In this document: piece after piece, positions 49,253 to 58,620 of the stretch
Layout of the letters: every line of letters begins with the position of its first letter
How positions within the stretch are numbered: the stretch's first letter is position 1
Source: an uncultured delta proteobacterium
Lineage (GTDB): Bacteria > Desulfobacterota > Binatia > Binatales > Binataceae
Assembly (NCBI GenBank): GCA_963842085.1
Contig: CAWJET010000001.1
Span: 3,168,001-3,232,000, forward strand
Direction: 5' to 3'
Length of the DNA: 64,000 nt
Notes under the pieces: generated by a model
Databases searched by the model: none
Seen by the model: the letters and a program-made list of their open reading frames with translations, nothing else
Told to the model about the DNA's origin: nothing
Program-made: the position numbers and the translations under genes

Positions 49253-50413
49253 ATGGCTTCTCACGTCATACTATGCGTGAACAGCGGATCCTCTTCGCTC
49301 AAATTCGCACTCTACCGAATCGGTCATGGTGAAGAACTCCTGCTCGCGCAAGGTGCGGCCGAGCTCAACGATGGGCAAATCACTCGGCTTTGGATTCACA
49401 GCGCGCACGAGAAAGTCGAGAAAACGGGCAGCGAAATTTCTTCTGCGTCAACACCGCTGCACGCACTTGCCGTCGAGTTGAAGCGGTTGCGGCTCCCGCA
49501 TCCCGACGCAGTCGGTCATAGACTGGTACACGGCGGCCGGCACCATGGCAGCCCGGAACGGATCACTGATACGCTCTTCAATGAACTGGGCAGTTTGATC
49601 CCCTTTGCACCGCTGCATCTACCCAACGAGATTGCCGGCATTGAGGCGGTCACTTCGAACTTCCCGAGCCTGCCGCAGGTCGCCTGCTTCGACACTGCTT
49701 TTCACCGCTCGATGCCGGAAGTTGCGCAGCGCTTCGCATTGCCGTGTGCGCTCTGGAACGAAGGCATTCGCCGCTACGGGTTTCACGGAATTTCCTACGA
49801 ATACATCGTGCGGACTTTGGGTGTTAATCTGCCCTCCCGCCTAATTATCGCTCATCTCGGTAACGGCGCGAGCATGGCGGCAGTGAAAGACGGAAACCCG
49901 CTCGACACCACGATGGGATTCACTCCGGCTGGGGGCTTCATGATGGGAACGCGCAGCGGAGATCTGGACCCCGGAATCTTTCTCTACCTATTAAACCAGA
50001 GGCATTTCGACGCACACAAACTCGCCGATCTTGTGAACCATAAATCCGGATTACTCGGCGTATCAGGCATCTCCGATATGAGGATGCTGCTCGAACGAAG
50101 AGATACCGCACCAGATGCTGCGCTGGCGGTGCACATGGTTTGCTATCAGCTCCGAAAGCAGATCGGCGCCTTCACCGCCGCGCTGGGCGGACTCGATCTT
50201 CTGGTTTTTACGGGCGGCATTGGCGAACGAGCCGCTCCTGTGCGATGGGAGACGTGTAATGGTTTGGAGCACCTCGGCATCAACCTCGAACGCGAACGAA
50301 ATCAGGCCAACGCCGACACGATTAGCAGCGATGACAGCCGCTGTCTCGTTCGCGTAATTCCAACGAATGAGGACCTGATGATAGCCCGTCATACCTACGA
50401 ACTTGTCTTCTAG
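49253..50413 (+). CDS. ackA: Acetate/propionate kinase
   Basis: NSGSSSLKF, GHRLVHGG, DTAFH, YGFHG, HLGNGAS, FTGGIGE, PTNE. Confidence 0.95.
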   Translation: MASHVILCVNSGSSSLKFALYRIGHGEELLLAQGAAELNDGQITRLWIHSAHEKVEKTGSEISSASTPLHALAVELKRLRLPHPDAVGHRLVHGGRHHGSPERITDTLFNELGSLIPFAPLHLPNEIAGIEAVTSNFPSLPQVACFDTAFHRSMPEVAQRFALPCALWNEGIRRYGFHGISYEYIVRTLGVNLPSRLIIAHLGNGASMAAVKDGNPLDTTMGFTPAGGFMMGTRSGDLDPGIFLYLLNQRHFDAHKLADLVNHKSGLLGVSGISDMRMLLERRDTAPDAALAVHMVCYQLRKQIGAFTAALGGLDLLVFTGGIGERAAPVRWETCNGLEHLGINLERERNQANADTISSDDSRCLVRVIPTNEDLMIARHTYELVF

Positions 50414-50426
50414 GCGCGGTAGATCC

Positions 50427-52508
50427 ATGGCTAACTGGTCGCAAATCGAAGGTTCGCCACAGCCTCTTGGCGCTACTTGGCTCAAAGAGGAAAAGAGCTA
50501 CAACTTCGCGCTGTACTCCAGGCATGCTACCGGCGTGACACTCTTGCTGTACACGGCGCGCGATTTGGTTAACCCGGTTCTTCGTATCTCGCTCAATTAT
50601 TTGACTCACAAATCAGGACGAATCTCGCATTGCCGCCTCAAAGCGGACGAGGTCGCCAATGCCTCTTACTACGCGTACTCGGTCGAAGGTCCGAGTAGCG
50701 CACTGGGGGAGGTCCACTTTTTCGATCCGGACAAAGTCCTTCTCGATCCTTACGCAAGGTCGCTCTTCTTTCCACCGGATTTTCGGCGTAGTGCTTCGAT
50801 CGGACGGGGATCGAATGCCGGAAGAACGCCTCTTGGCGCGCTGCCAGTCAACATTCCAGAGTTTGACTGGGGCGGCGAATCCAACCCGTTTGACTGGGGC
50901 GGCGAATCCAACTCCCGCCACACGTCAGACACCATCATCTATGAAATGCACGTCAGAGGTTTTACCAACAGAGACAATTCCGGAGTGTCCGCGGACAAGC
51001 GAGGAACATTTGCAGGAGTTGTTGAGAAAATTCCCTATCTCAAAGAGCTTGGAGTTACCGCGCTCGAGTTGATGCCGGTATTTCAGTACGACCCGGACGA
51101 AGGCAATTACTGGGGATACATGCCGCTGAACTTTTTCTCTCCGCATGAGGCTTACGCGGCGAATTTACCCGTCGCAGAAGCTGCAGCCGACTTCAAGGCG
51201 ATGGTGAAAGAACTCCATTGCGCCGGGATCGAAGTAATTCTGGACGTGGTCTACAACCACACCACCGAAGCAGGCGCTGACGGGCCTACCTATAGCTATC
51301 GGGGCATTTGCAATAGCACCTACTACCTTCTCGACGAAAGCATGACGCACTATCGGAACGATACCGGGACAGGCAATGTCTTGCGAGCGGCACATCCGAC
51401 GGTGCGCAAGATGATAATCGACAGTCTCCGTTTCTGGATACTTGAGATGCATGTCGACGGTTTCAGATTCGATCTCGCTTCCATCTTCAGCCGTAATGTC
51501 GACGGCTCGATCAACCTGAAAGACCCTCCATTGATTTCCGAGATAACGGGCGGCGCAGAATATGCTGATGTCCGGCTGATCGCCGAGGCATGGGATCCGG
51601 CCAGTTACGAACTAGGTCGCAGCTTCCCCGGTCAAACATGGAGCCAGTGGAATGGCAGGTTTCGAGATGATGTTCGCGAATTCGTCAAAAGCGATCCCGG
51701 AAAAGTTGGCGACCTCATGACCCGGCTCTATGGCAGCAGCGATTTGTTTCCGGATGATCTCGACGACGCCTACCATCCTGCTCAAAGCATTAACTACGTC
51801 ACTTCGCACGACGGCTTTTGTCTCTATGATCTGGTCGCGTACAACGACAAGCATAATTTGGCTAATGGCCAGAACAATACTGATGGGACCGACAACAATC
51901 TGAGCTGGAACTGCGGATGGGAGGGCGATGAGAATGTGCCAGCGGAAGTGATGCGATTGCGAAAGCAGCAAATCAAGAATTTCTTTGCGATTTTGATGGT
52001 CTCGAACGGAACCCCGATGTTCTGTGCCGGCGATGAATTCATGAATACGCAGCGCGGCAACAACAATCCCTGGAACCAGGATAACGAAACGACCTGGCTC
52101 GACTGGGATTTGCTCGAAAAGAACGGCGACATGTTCCGCTTCTTCAAAGGAATGATCGCTTTTCGCAAAGCGCACCCATCTTTGGCTCGCAGCCGATTCT
52201 GGCGTGATGACGTTAGCTGGTACGGTGTGAACGGTCAGGTGGATCTTGGCTATCTGTCGCATAGCCTCGCGTTCTGTTTGCATGGTTCTTCGCAACAGGA
52301 TCGAGACATCTACGTGATGATAAACGCATACTGGCAGGATCTCAATTTCAAAATACAAGAGGGAAAGGCCGGCGACTGGAACTGTGTAGCAGATACAGGG
52401 ATGTCGAGCCCGTCCGATTTTTTCGAGGTCGGGGAGCAAAAGGCTCTGACCTCATTGAGCTATGAGGTCAAAGCCAGATCGGTTGTAGTTCTGCTGCGCA
52501 CGGCCTGA
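50427..52508 (+). CDS. glgX: Glycogen debranching enzyme/isoamylase (GH13)
   Basis: YEMHVRGFT, NYWGY, DVVYNHT, DGFRFDLAS, AEAWD, HDGF. Confidence 0.95.
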   Translation: MANWSQIEGSPQPLGATWLKEEKSYNFALYSRHATGVTLLLYTARDLVNPVLRISLNYLTHKSGRISHCRLKADEVANASYYAYSVEGPSSALGEVHFFDPDKVLLDPYARSLFFPPDFRRSASIGRGSNAGRTPLGALPVNIPEFDWGGESNPFDWGGESNSRHTSDTIIYEMHVRGFTNRDNSGVSADKRGTFAGVVEKIPYLKELGVTALELMPVFQYDPDEGNYWGYMPLNFFSPHEAYAANLPVAEAAADFKAMVKELHCAGIEVILDVVYNHTTEAGADGPTYSYRGICNSTYYLLDESMTHYRNDTGTGNVLRAAHPTVRKMIIDSLRFWILEMHVDGFRFDLASIFSRNVDGSINLKDPPLISEITGGAEYADVRLIAEAWDPASYELGRSFPGQTWSQWNGRFRDDVREFVKSDPGKVGDLMTRLYGSSDLFPDDLDDAYHPAQSINYVTSHDGFCLYDLVAYNDKHNLANGQNNTDGTDNNLSWNCGWEGDENVPAEVMRLRKQQIKNFFAILMVSNGTPMFCAGDEFMNTQRGNNNPWNQDNETTWLDWDLLEKNGDMFRFFKGMIAFRKAHPSLARSRFWRDDVSWYGVNGQVDLGYLSHSLAFCLHGSSQQDRDIYVMINAYWQDLNFKIQEGKAGDWNCVADTGMSSPSDFFEVGEQKALTSLSYEVKARSVVVLLRTA
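50861..50912 (+). repeat. In-frame 27-bp tandem duplication in glgX
   Basis: GTTTGACTGGGGCGGCGAATCCAAC occurs twice with a 27-bp period (FDWGGESNP FDWGGESNS). Confidence 0.95.
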
Positions 52509-52573
52509 GCTCGCAGCGCACAGAGCCTTTTATCTCGCTTTGAGAGTCACTGGCGAGTGATTCCCGCAGCATT

Positions 52574-53101
52574 TTACTTGCTTTTGACGCCAGCAGCGAT
52601 ATCTAATCGTCTACGGATCTCGGCAAGCATATTCTGATCAATCCACGCGCCGTGGCGGTTGGGGCAGGCCATCCCAGCCAATCCTGCCTCACCAGGCGCG
52701 ACCGCAGCTTTGGCTTGAAGCCGAGTGCCACATTCGGGGCAATCGATTTCCGTCGGATGCTTGTGACGTAGATCTTCGACAAGTTCACCAACTTGGACAA
52801 AGGCTTTTTCGCCGAGGGACTCATGGTGAATCGCTGCCGCGTTCTTGAGGCGGGCGGCGATTTGCATCAGCGCTTCCTCGTCGCACCATGCACCGTGGTG
52901 AATAGGGCAAGCCATACCGCCAACGCCGATCGCCACCCTTGCATCAAGATTCTTGCTACACTGCGGACAATGAATCGGCTTGACGTACTTCTGCCGGAGC
53001 TTTTCAATTATCTCAGTATCGCGTTGACGCGCCCACTGATCCTCGCGGGCCCGCTCCGCTTGGTGGAGTTTGTCACCTAGCCGGTCCTTTTCGTCAGCCA
53101 T
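52574..53101 (-). CDS. Tandem zinc-ribbon (zf-TFIIB-like) protein
   Basis: Two units of CPxC..L....MACPxxHGAW.D after a charged N-terminal helix. Confidence 0.8.
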   Translation of the reverse strand: MADEKDRLGDKLHQAERAREDQWARQRDTEIIEKLRQKYVKPIHCPQCSKNLDARVAIGVGGMACPIHHGAWCDEEALMQIAARLKNAAAIHHESLGEKAFVQVGELVEDLRHKHPTEIDCPECGTRLQAKAAVAPGEAGLAGMACPNRHGAWIDQNMLAEIRRRLDIAAGVKSK

Positions 53102-53185
53102 GACTCCCAACTTATGGTCGTTTTCTGGACAGTTTCCCGTGTTGATCGTTAGGCTCGTCGAGCGTCATACAGAAGTGCGCTAATT

Positions 53186-53455
53186 TTACTTCGATGCCTC
53201 GACGTAAAGTGTGATCCGTCCTATACCTTTGGAAACTGATCGCGATGGTTAGCCGGACGGATTGTATCCAAGGAAGTACTCGACTGCGACGACAGTGTAA
53301 GAATCCCAATCTCTCGGACCCTTAAGGGGGATGAAAATGCGCTCTCCCGTCCGCGGAACGAACTTGATTTCCGTCAAGGGTGCTTTTGCGACCTTCTCTT
53401 TCCTGGCGAGATCATACAGCTCAAGGTAGCTCTCTTGTTCTTTGTTTGACGCCAT
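53186..53455 (-). pseudogene. Small hypothetical protein with in-frame TAA at 53249-53251; paralog of 63657-63899
   Basis: After the stop the frame continues PSRSVSKGIGRITLYVEASK*, matching the paralog end RVTLYVEESK*. Confidence 0.8.
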
Positions 53456-53582
53456 ACCACTGTTCTCCGAGTTTGCCCAAGTCCGGGGCTCTTAGCAACG
53501 GTATATTTCTAGCTGCCGCCCTGGGCCGGCGTATTTCGAAAAAAAGCGAAAAATTGCGGATTTCTATGAAATAACATTCAGG

Positions 53583-56500
53583 TCAAGGAAGAGATGATCT
53601 TTTGCCTACTATTTTGACTCGTTTACTCGTAGTCCTTGAGCGCGCACCATTAGTAGGTTCGCCGGTCTCGAGCAATTTGCGAACCGACGGTGCCGAGAGG
53701 AAAATCTTACGAAGCGGCTCGTCAGCCGGCATGGAATCAGCCAGTTTGAGAATCGTTGCTCGGCTAAGCTCGCGGTGATGTTCGGCCTCCTTGCTCTTTT
53801 CGCTGCCTCGACAAAGCTCGGCAGCTGTTGCGTGGACTCTCCAGGCAGCCAGCGGAACCTCGAAGCCTTGCATCGTTGACAAGGCATTCGTGATGCATTC
53901 GTGCGCGCGCTCGAGATCGCGCTGCGCCATCGCGACACGTGCGTTCGCCTCCCAAGCCACCGCCTGCCAAGTGCGCTCGGCAGTCACGAGAGTGACTTCG
54001 AGAAACCTCTCCGCCTCGGTTCGAGCCTGCTTCAAATCCCCCTTCGCCAGCCATAGTTCTGTAAGACTCGACTGGAGCTGCATGCGCCAGTACCAGTCTA
54101 CTATGACCATCTGCTGGTTCATCGCGTTTCGAGCAGTCGACAGATGCTCGAGCGCGAGATCATAATTTCCCAAACCTAATTCTGCTGAGCCTTGTATGAT
54201 CAGACTGATGCGAGCGTCCTCTGGAAGCGGGCTTGAGGAACCGGACTCCGCGCTCAGTACAGAATTTTCGGGATGAGAAAAAGACGATTCACAGATCTTC
54301 AACGCGCCCTCAAAGTCCATGGCGTGGAGATGTGCCCATGCCGGATAGAGCATCAAGGCGCTCGCGCGATACTGTTCACCATTCTTGTCCAGCATTGCGA
54401 TTCCGGATCTATATTCGCGTAAGGCTTCTCCCCACTCTCCCAAAAAGAGAAGGCTTGAGGAGCCGAAGAGCTGATATACCCAGACGGCAAGGCTCAGATT
54501 TAGATAGTTCTCTTCGACGGTCTCGAACATCTTGTTGGATACAGTCCCGGACAAGTTGCGGTGAGCATCGCGGTATTCGGAGGAAAGCCACTGTATCAAG
54601 CTGTATTGCGCCAAATGGTAGGAAAAGGTCACTGGGTCGCCGACCTCACGAATTTCATTCAGCGCAATTCGACACTCTTCCGCGTCCTGCGAATTCCATC
54701 CGCCTGCCCAAATTCGATAGAAGAAGCAGTTCATTCGGAAACTTGCCCGCAGCAGCTGAACACTCTGGCTATTGCTAAGGAGTAGAGCCCGTTCCAGTAC
54801 TTTGAGGCACCGATCGGAACTGATCCACATCAGGGGATATGCCAATCCGATCAGGGCGCGCGCCTCAACATCAATCAAGCCGAGGTGAGCGGCCCGCGAT
54901 GCCATCGCTTCATAGTTGTCAATTGCCCGACGGTCATATTCGAGAGAGTAGATCATCCCCAGCTTCTCAAGAATTTCGATCTCGCTGACCGCACGCTTCT
55001 CCTCCGGAAGTTTGCTCGATAGTTCGAGTGCGCGCTGCAAACTGGCCATAGCTTCCTGACTGGCAAAACGGTGTCTGGCGGTTTCAGCCGCGACGCGAAG
55101 ATATTTGACTGCGCGCTGCCAGTCCGAAGCCTGCTCGAAGTGATGCGCCAATTCGGGCGCTGCCTCGCTCAAACGATCCGAGAAGAGTGTTTCCATCTCC
55201 TCTCCGATCCGCTGATGCAGCCTGGCCGCACGCCCCGATGCCAGCCTGCGATAGAGAACCTCTCGATAGAGTGCATGCACAAATTCGTAGCGCGCAGAGA
55301 CGGTTCCGTCCGGCGATCGCTCCGAACCTGCCGAACGCACTATGTGATGCCGGCGTGAGAGTTCTTCGCAGAAGTCTTCAAAGTCTTCTTGATCAACACC
55401 GGCTGCCGCCGCGCAGACCCTTGCTGAGAAGGCAACTCCAGCCACGCTTGCCACGTCCAGGGCGTGCCGCTGTTCGTCTGAAAGGTTGTCAATCTGCGCT
55501 TCGATCATGCGCCGCAACTTCTCTGGCGCGGCGAGAGCGACTTGCTCCAGGGGGACCCGGAGCTTCCATGCCCCGCGCTCCTGGAAAACGAGGCCCTGCT
55601 CGGTCAGGTGGTCAAGCATCGCCACAACGAACAAGGGATTCCCCTCCGTGTGGTGATAGATCAACTTGGCCAAGCCCTCGGTAAGTTTGTCGCCCGACGA
55701 CTCCGCCTCAAGATATTCAGCGACTTCTGCTTCGCTCAGTGGCTCCAAGTTGATCTGGCGACATAGCTGATGCAGCAGCAGGTCCTGCTTCAGCGCCTTC
55801 AACGGATGTTCCGGAATCACCATGTCCACCGGTCGCTTGGTCGCGACCAGCATCAGTTTGGCCGGCGCCCGTCGGCGCGCCAGCGCCGAGATGAGATCGA
55901 CCGTCGAGGGATCCACCCACTGTAAATCCTCAAACAGCAAGAGCATGGGACTTGCCGAAGTGATGGCCTCCAGAGCATCGCCGATCTCGCGCAACATGCG
56001 CTCCCGTGTCGAGCCTAGAATCTCTCGCTGCAGCATCTCGCGCTGTTCGCGTTTCACCAACGCAGGAAACTGGACCAGCCAAGTTGGTGCCTGCGCGGCG
56101 AGTATTTGGACGACCGAGTCTCCACCGGCGCCGCGGCATAACTGACCAAGAGTTTCAAGCATCGGGTAATAGGCTTCTTTGCCGCCGTAGCCCTCGACGC
56201 ATTGGCCGCGCGCAATCCGAAGGCCCGGTGCCTCGACCGCCGCTTGGCGCTGGAACGCCTCGGCCAGCGCGGTTTTGCCGATGCCCGGCTCCCCCGTGAT
56301 GAACACGATCTGCCGCTCGCCCCTTAACGCTTTCCCAAGGCAATCGCCCAGCTCGCTCAACTCTCGTTCTCTTCCGACCAGTTTGCCTCGCGCCGGCTGT
56401 GCTGGAACGGCCTGCAGAGCAGCCGTGCCCTCGCTCACTGCAGCGATAAACCGGTATCCCCGGCGATGCAGAGTTTCGATAAAGAGAGGGTTATTCGCCT

Positions 56501-56747
56501 GGTCGCCCAGCGCGCCTCTGAGGTCGAGGACGAGCTTTTTTATGGCCTGCGGTTGAATGTGGGTGTTTGGCCACACCGCATCGAGGAGCTCATCATGCGT
56601 CACCAGACGTCCGGCTTGTTCCACCAGATGGTGCAGCACTGCGAACGCCTTGGGCGTCAACAGGATGCGCTCGTCGGCACCCTTCGTCCTGCGGCGCCAC
56701 AGACACTGGTTGACGGTGTCGAGCCGGAATGGCGGAAACTCCTTCAT
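53583..56747 (-). CDS. wHTH (OmpR/PhoB-type) - AAA/STAND ATPase - helical repeat transcriptional regulator
   Basis: LTPKAF..L..LV....L.....LLDAVW...IETLHRRGYRF; Walker A GEPGIGKT; Walker B LLFEDLQW; TEGNPLF; TPR-like C-terminus. Confidence 0.92.
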   Translation of the reverse strand: MKEFPPFRLDTVNQCLWRRRTKGADERILLTPKAFAVLHHLVEQAGRLVTHDELLDAVWPNTHIQPQAIKKLVLDLRGALGDQANNPLFIETLHRRGYRFIAAVSEGTAALQAVPAQPARGKLVGRERELSELGDCLGKALRGERQIVFITGEPGIGKTALAEAFQRQAAVEAPGLRIARGQCVEGYGGKEAYYPMLETLGQLCRGAGGDSVVQILAAQAPTWLVQFPALVKREQREMLQREILGSTRERMLREIGDALEAITSASPMLLLFEDLQWVDPSTVDLISALARRRAPAKLMLVATKRPVDMVIPEHPLKALKQDLLLHQLCRQINLEPLSEAEVAEYLEAESSGDKLTEGLAKLIYHHTEGNPLFVVAMLDHLTEQGLVFQERGAWKLRVPLEQVALAAPEKLRRMIEAQIDNLSDEQRHALDVASVAGVAFSARVCAAAAGVDQEDFEDFCEELSRRHHIVRSAGSERSPDGTVSARYEFVHALYREVLYRRLASGRAARLHQRIGEEMETLFSDRLSEAAPELAHHFEQASDWQRAVKYLRVAAETARHRFASQEAMASLQRALELSSKLPEEKRAVSEIEILEKLGMIYSLEYDRRAIDNYEAMASRAAHLGLIDVEARALIGLAYPLMWISSDRCLKVLERALLLSNSQSVQLLRASFRMNCFFYRIWAGGWNSQDAEECRIALNEIREVGDPVTFSYHLAQYSLIQWLSSEYRDAHRNLSGTVSNKMFETVEENYLNLSLAVWVYQLFGSSSLLFLGEWGEALREYRSGIAMLDKNGEQYRASALMLYPAWAHLHAMDFEGALKICESSFSHPENSVLSAESGSSSPLPEDARISLIIQGSAELGLGNYDLALEHLSTARNAMNQQMVIVDWYWRMQLQSSLTELWLAKGDLKQARTEAERFLEVTLVTAERTWQAVAWEANARVAMAQRDLERAHECITNALSTMQGFEVPLAAWRVHATAAELCRGSEKSKEAEHHRELSRATILKLADSMPADEPLRKIFLSAPSVRKLLETGEPTNGARSRTTSKRVKIVGKRSSLP

Positions 56748-56787
56748 AATCGCGCCTCGCGACTCCCAGTTTCCACGAACCGAACAG

Positions 56788-56849
56788 GAACTCTTTTTAC
56801 ACCAAAACGGGACTACAAGATAACGACTCTAAACCCGGATTACCTTTAT
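56788..56849 (+). promoter_or_regulatory. 62-bp conserved upstream motif, copy 3 (between the divergent regulators)
   Basis: gaactctttttacaccaaaacgggactacaagataacgactctaaacccggattacctttat. Confidence 0.85.
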
Positions 56850-56903
56850 TTTCAGACGTGCGAAGAGAGCGATCAACGCCAACGAAACGTCGAGGGGATA
56901 GTC

Positions 56904-57719
56904 GTGAGAATAGGCATCGGTTCGGACAGCAGCGGTTTCCAGTTCAAGGAAAATCTGAAGGCCAGACTCAGAGCCCGAAGTCATGCGGTCGAAGATGTGT
57001 GCGCTTCTGATGTCACTCCAAGCGCGTGTCACGCTGCGACCGATCGACTCGCATCTGCCATCGGCCGTGGTCGTGTCGAACGGGGTATACTGATTTGCTC
57101 TGGCGCTATTGGCGCGTCGATTGCCGCTAAGAAACATCCCCGAGTTCGCGCAGCCTTTTGCCACGAAGTGCGCTCAGTTCAACGCGGCGTGCAGGACGAC
57201 AACATGAATTTTCTGGTCCTGGAAACGCAGGCTGTCACGCATGATTTTGCCTGCAAGTTGGCTGATATTTTCATAAACGCCTCCTGTTCTTCACGCGACA
57301 ATACGTTCGGCATTCCTCCTCTCCGCTTGGCGCGCGTAGTTGAACGAATCAGAAGGAATCTGGATAAGCCGCTTGAGGTTGGCGAACTGTCGGGGCTAGC
57401 CGAGATGAGCCAGTCGCACTTTTCCAAGTTGTTCAAGCATAGCAGTGATCTGACCCCACATCAGTTCATCCTCCGTGAACGCATCAATCGTTCCAAGGAA
57501 CTTTTGCGTCAAGGCAAGACAAAGATTGTGGACATCGCGCTCGAGGTTGGATTCCAGAGTCAGGCTCACTTCACAACGGTTTTCGGAAGTCTCGTCGGCA
57601 TGACGCCGCGACAATTCCAGCGTTCTTGCTGTTACGGCATGCCGGTGGCGTATCCAAAAGCGCTGCCAGTTTTAAACCACCAGCAAGACGGTGTTCTTTC
57701 CTCGTTGGCTTCAACGTGA
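56904..57719 (+). CDS. RpiB/LacAB-like domain fused to an AraC-family HTH
   Basis: SD GAGGGG before GTG. RIGIGSDSSG..K..L, RGILICSGAIGASIAAKKHP.VRAAFC, DNMN; then MSQSHFSKLFK..TPHQF...IALEVGFQSQAHFTTVF..VGMTP. Confidence 0.88.
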   Translation: MRIGIGSDSSGFQFKENLKARLRARSHAVEDVCASDVTPSACHAATDRLASAIGRGRVERGILICSGAIGASIAAKKHPRVRAAFCHEVRSVQRGVQDDNMNFLVLETQAVTHDFACKLADIFINASCSSRDNTFGIPPLRLARVVERIRRNLDKPLEVGELSGLAEMSQSHFSKLFKHSSDLTPHQFILRERINRSKELLRQGKTKIVDIALEVGFQSQAHFTTVFGSLVGMTPRQFQRSCCYGMPVAYPKALPVLNHQQDGVLSSLAST

Positions 57720-57730
57720 AGGAGGATTCG

Positions 57731-58186
57731 ATGGCTAGTCCAGGTACCAATTTCATAAGGGAATCTGAAGGGCAGCCCGATCATCGGGGTGTTTGTGCCT
57801 ACCGTTCCGATCTTCGGCCCCAACTGATTCGATCAGCACACTTCCGCGGAAAACGGCTAGGGGAAAATAAGACCGAACCGCTTCGTCGCCTGATGGCCGC
57901 TGTTCTTTGTGAAGCGGTCAACCGCTTTCAGAGAAACCTGTTTCACACCTCTCTCTACGGAAGGTGCGAATTTGTCGAGGCCGAGTTCTGGTTGTTCAGG
58001 GACCAGAGCAAAGCCCTCTTTTCCTTCAACAACGTGTGCGATTTTCTCTCCCTTGATCCACAGCACATAAGACGGCGGCTCTGCGATTGGCGGCGGAGCC
58101 AGGTACGAGCCGCTAGTTCGACTGAAACCACTATGAAGGACCCCGAAAGAGATCTGAGTGGTGAGCGTCCTTCCCCCTGTGGATAA
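57731..58186 (+). CDS. Hypothetical protein, paralog of 34947-35444
   Basis: SD AAGGAGG; RRLMAAVL.EAV..FQ...F.EAE.WLF....FSF.NVCD.L.LDP.HIR..L..W. Confidence 0.8.
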   Translation: MASPGTNFIRESEGQPDHRGVCAYRSDLRPQLIRSAHFRGKRLGENKTEPLRRLMAAVLCEAVNRFQRNLFHTSLYGRCEFVEAEFWLFRDQSKALFSFNNVCDFLSLDPQHIRRRLCDWRRSQVRAASSTETTMKDPERDLSGERPSPCG

Positions 58187-58203
58187 AATGGAGGACTCGG
58201 CAA

Positions 58204-58620
58204 GTGAAAATTCATTCTAGGTTTGAAAAATGCAGCGAGGCCAAGTCCGTTTCACGCATGTTGGTCGCGAGCGTCATGATTGCGGTCGCGACTTCTGCTT
58301 GGGGCTGCTCGTCGCGCGTTGAATCACGTGTCGAATCCTCCGATGACTGGGATTCCAGCTCCTACGCGTCGTTCCCCTACTCACCCGGAAATATTTCAGA
58401 TGCATCAGCTTCGGTCGCCCATGTCCATTTGGGAGACGATTCTGCTGCAGGCGCGCGGTCCGGGTATACAGATCCTCGCTGGGAACGTGCAGAGACCAAT
58501 TGGGAGCGCGGCGGTGAAGTTCTTTCTCCCGCCACCAACAATCGAGTGCTCGAAGTTCCGCAGATGCTAGATGGGGATAATACCGCCGCGACTATACCGA
58601 TCCCGGGAGAAGGCGATTAA
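58204..58620 (+). CDS. Putative lipoprotein
   Basis: Hydrophobic stretch plus AWGC lipobox-like motif; start uncertain (58204 or 58258). Confidence 0.55.
   Translation: MKIHSRFEKCSEAKSVSRMLVASVMIAVATSAWGCSSRVESRVESSDDWDSSSYASFPYSPGNISDASASVAHVHLGDDSAAGARSGYTDPRWERAETNWERGGEVLSPATNNRVLEVPQMLDGDNTAATIPIPGEGD

Noticed and set aside
53583-56747. STAND ATPase as an antiphage (Avs) system
   Set aside because: The N-terminus is an OmpR-type DNA-binding domain, not a nuclease/TIR/Sir2 effector, and no defence genes are nearby
34383-56849. 62-bp motif as a CRISPR repeat
   Set aside because: Copies are kilobases apart with no spacer array, and there are no cas genes
56466-56903. N-terminal extension of the RpiB-AraC ORF
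   Set aside because: It overlaps the STAND gene antisense and motif copy 3; an SD-GTG at 56904 coincides with the RpiB domain start
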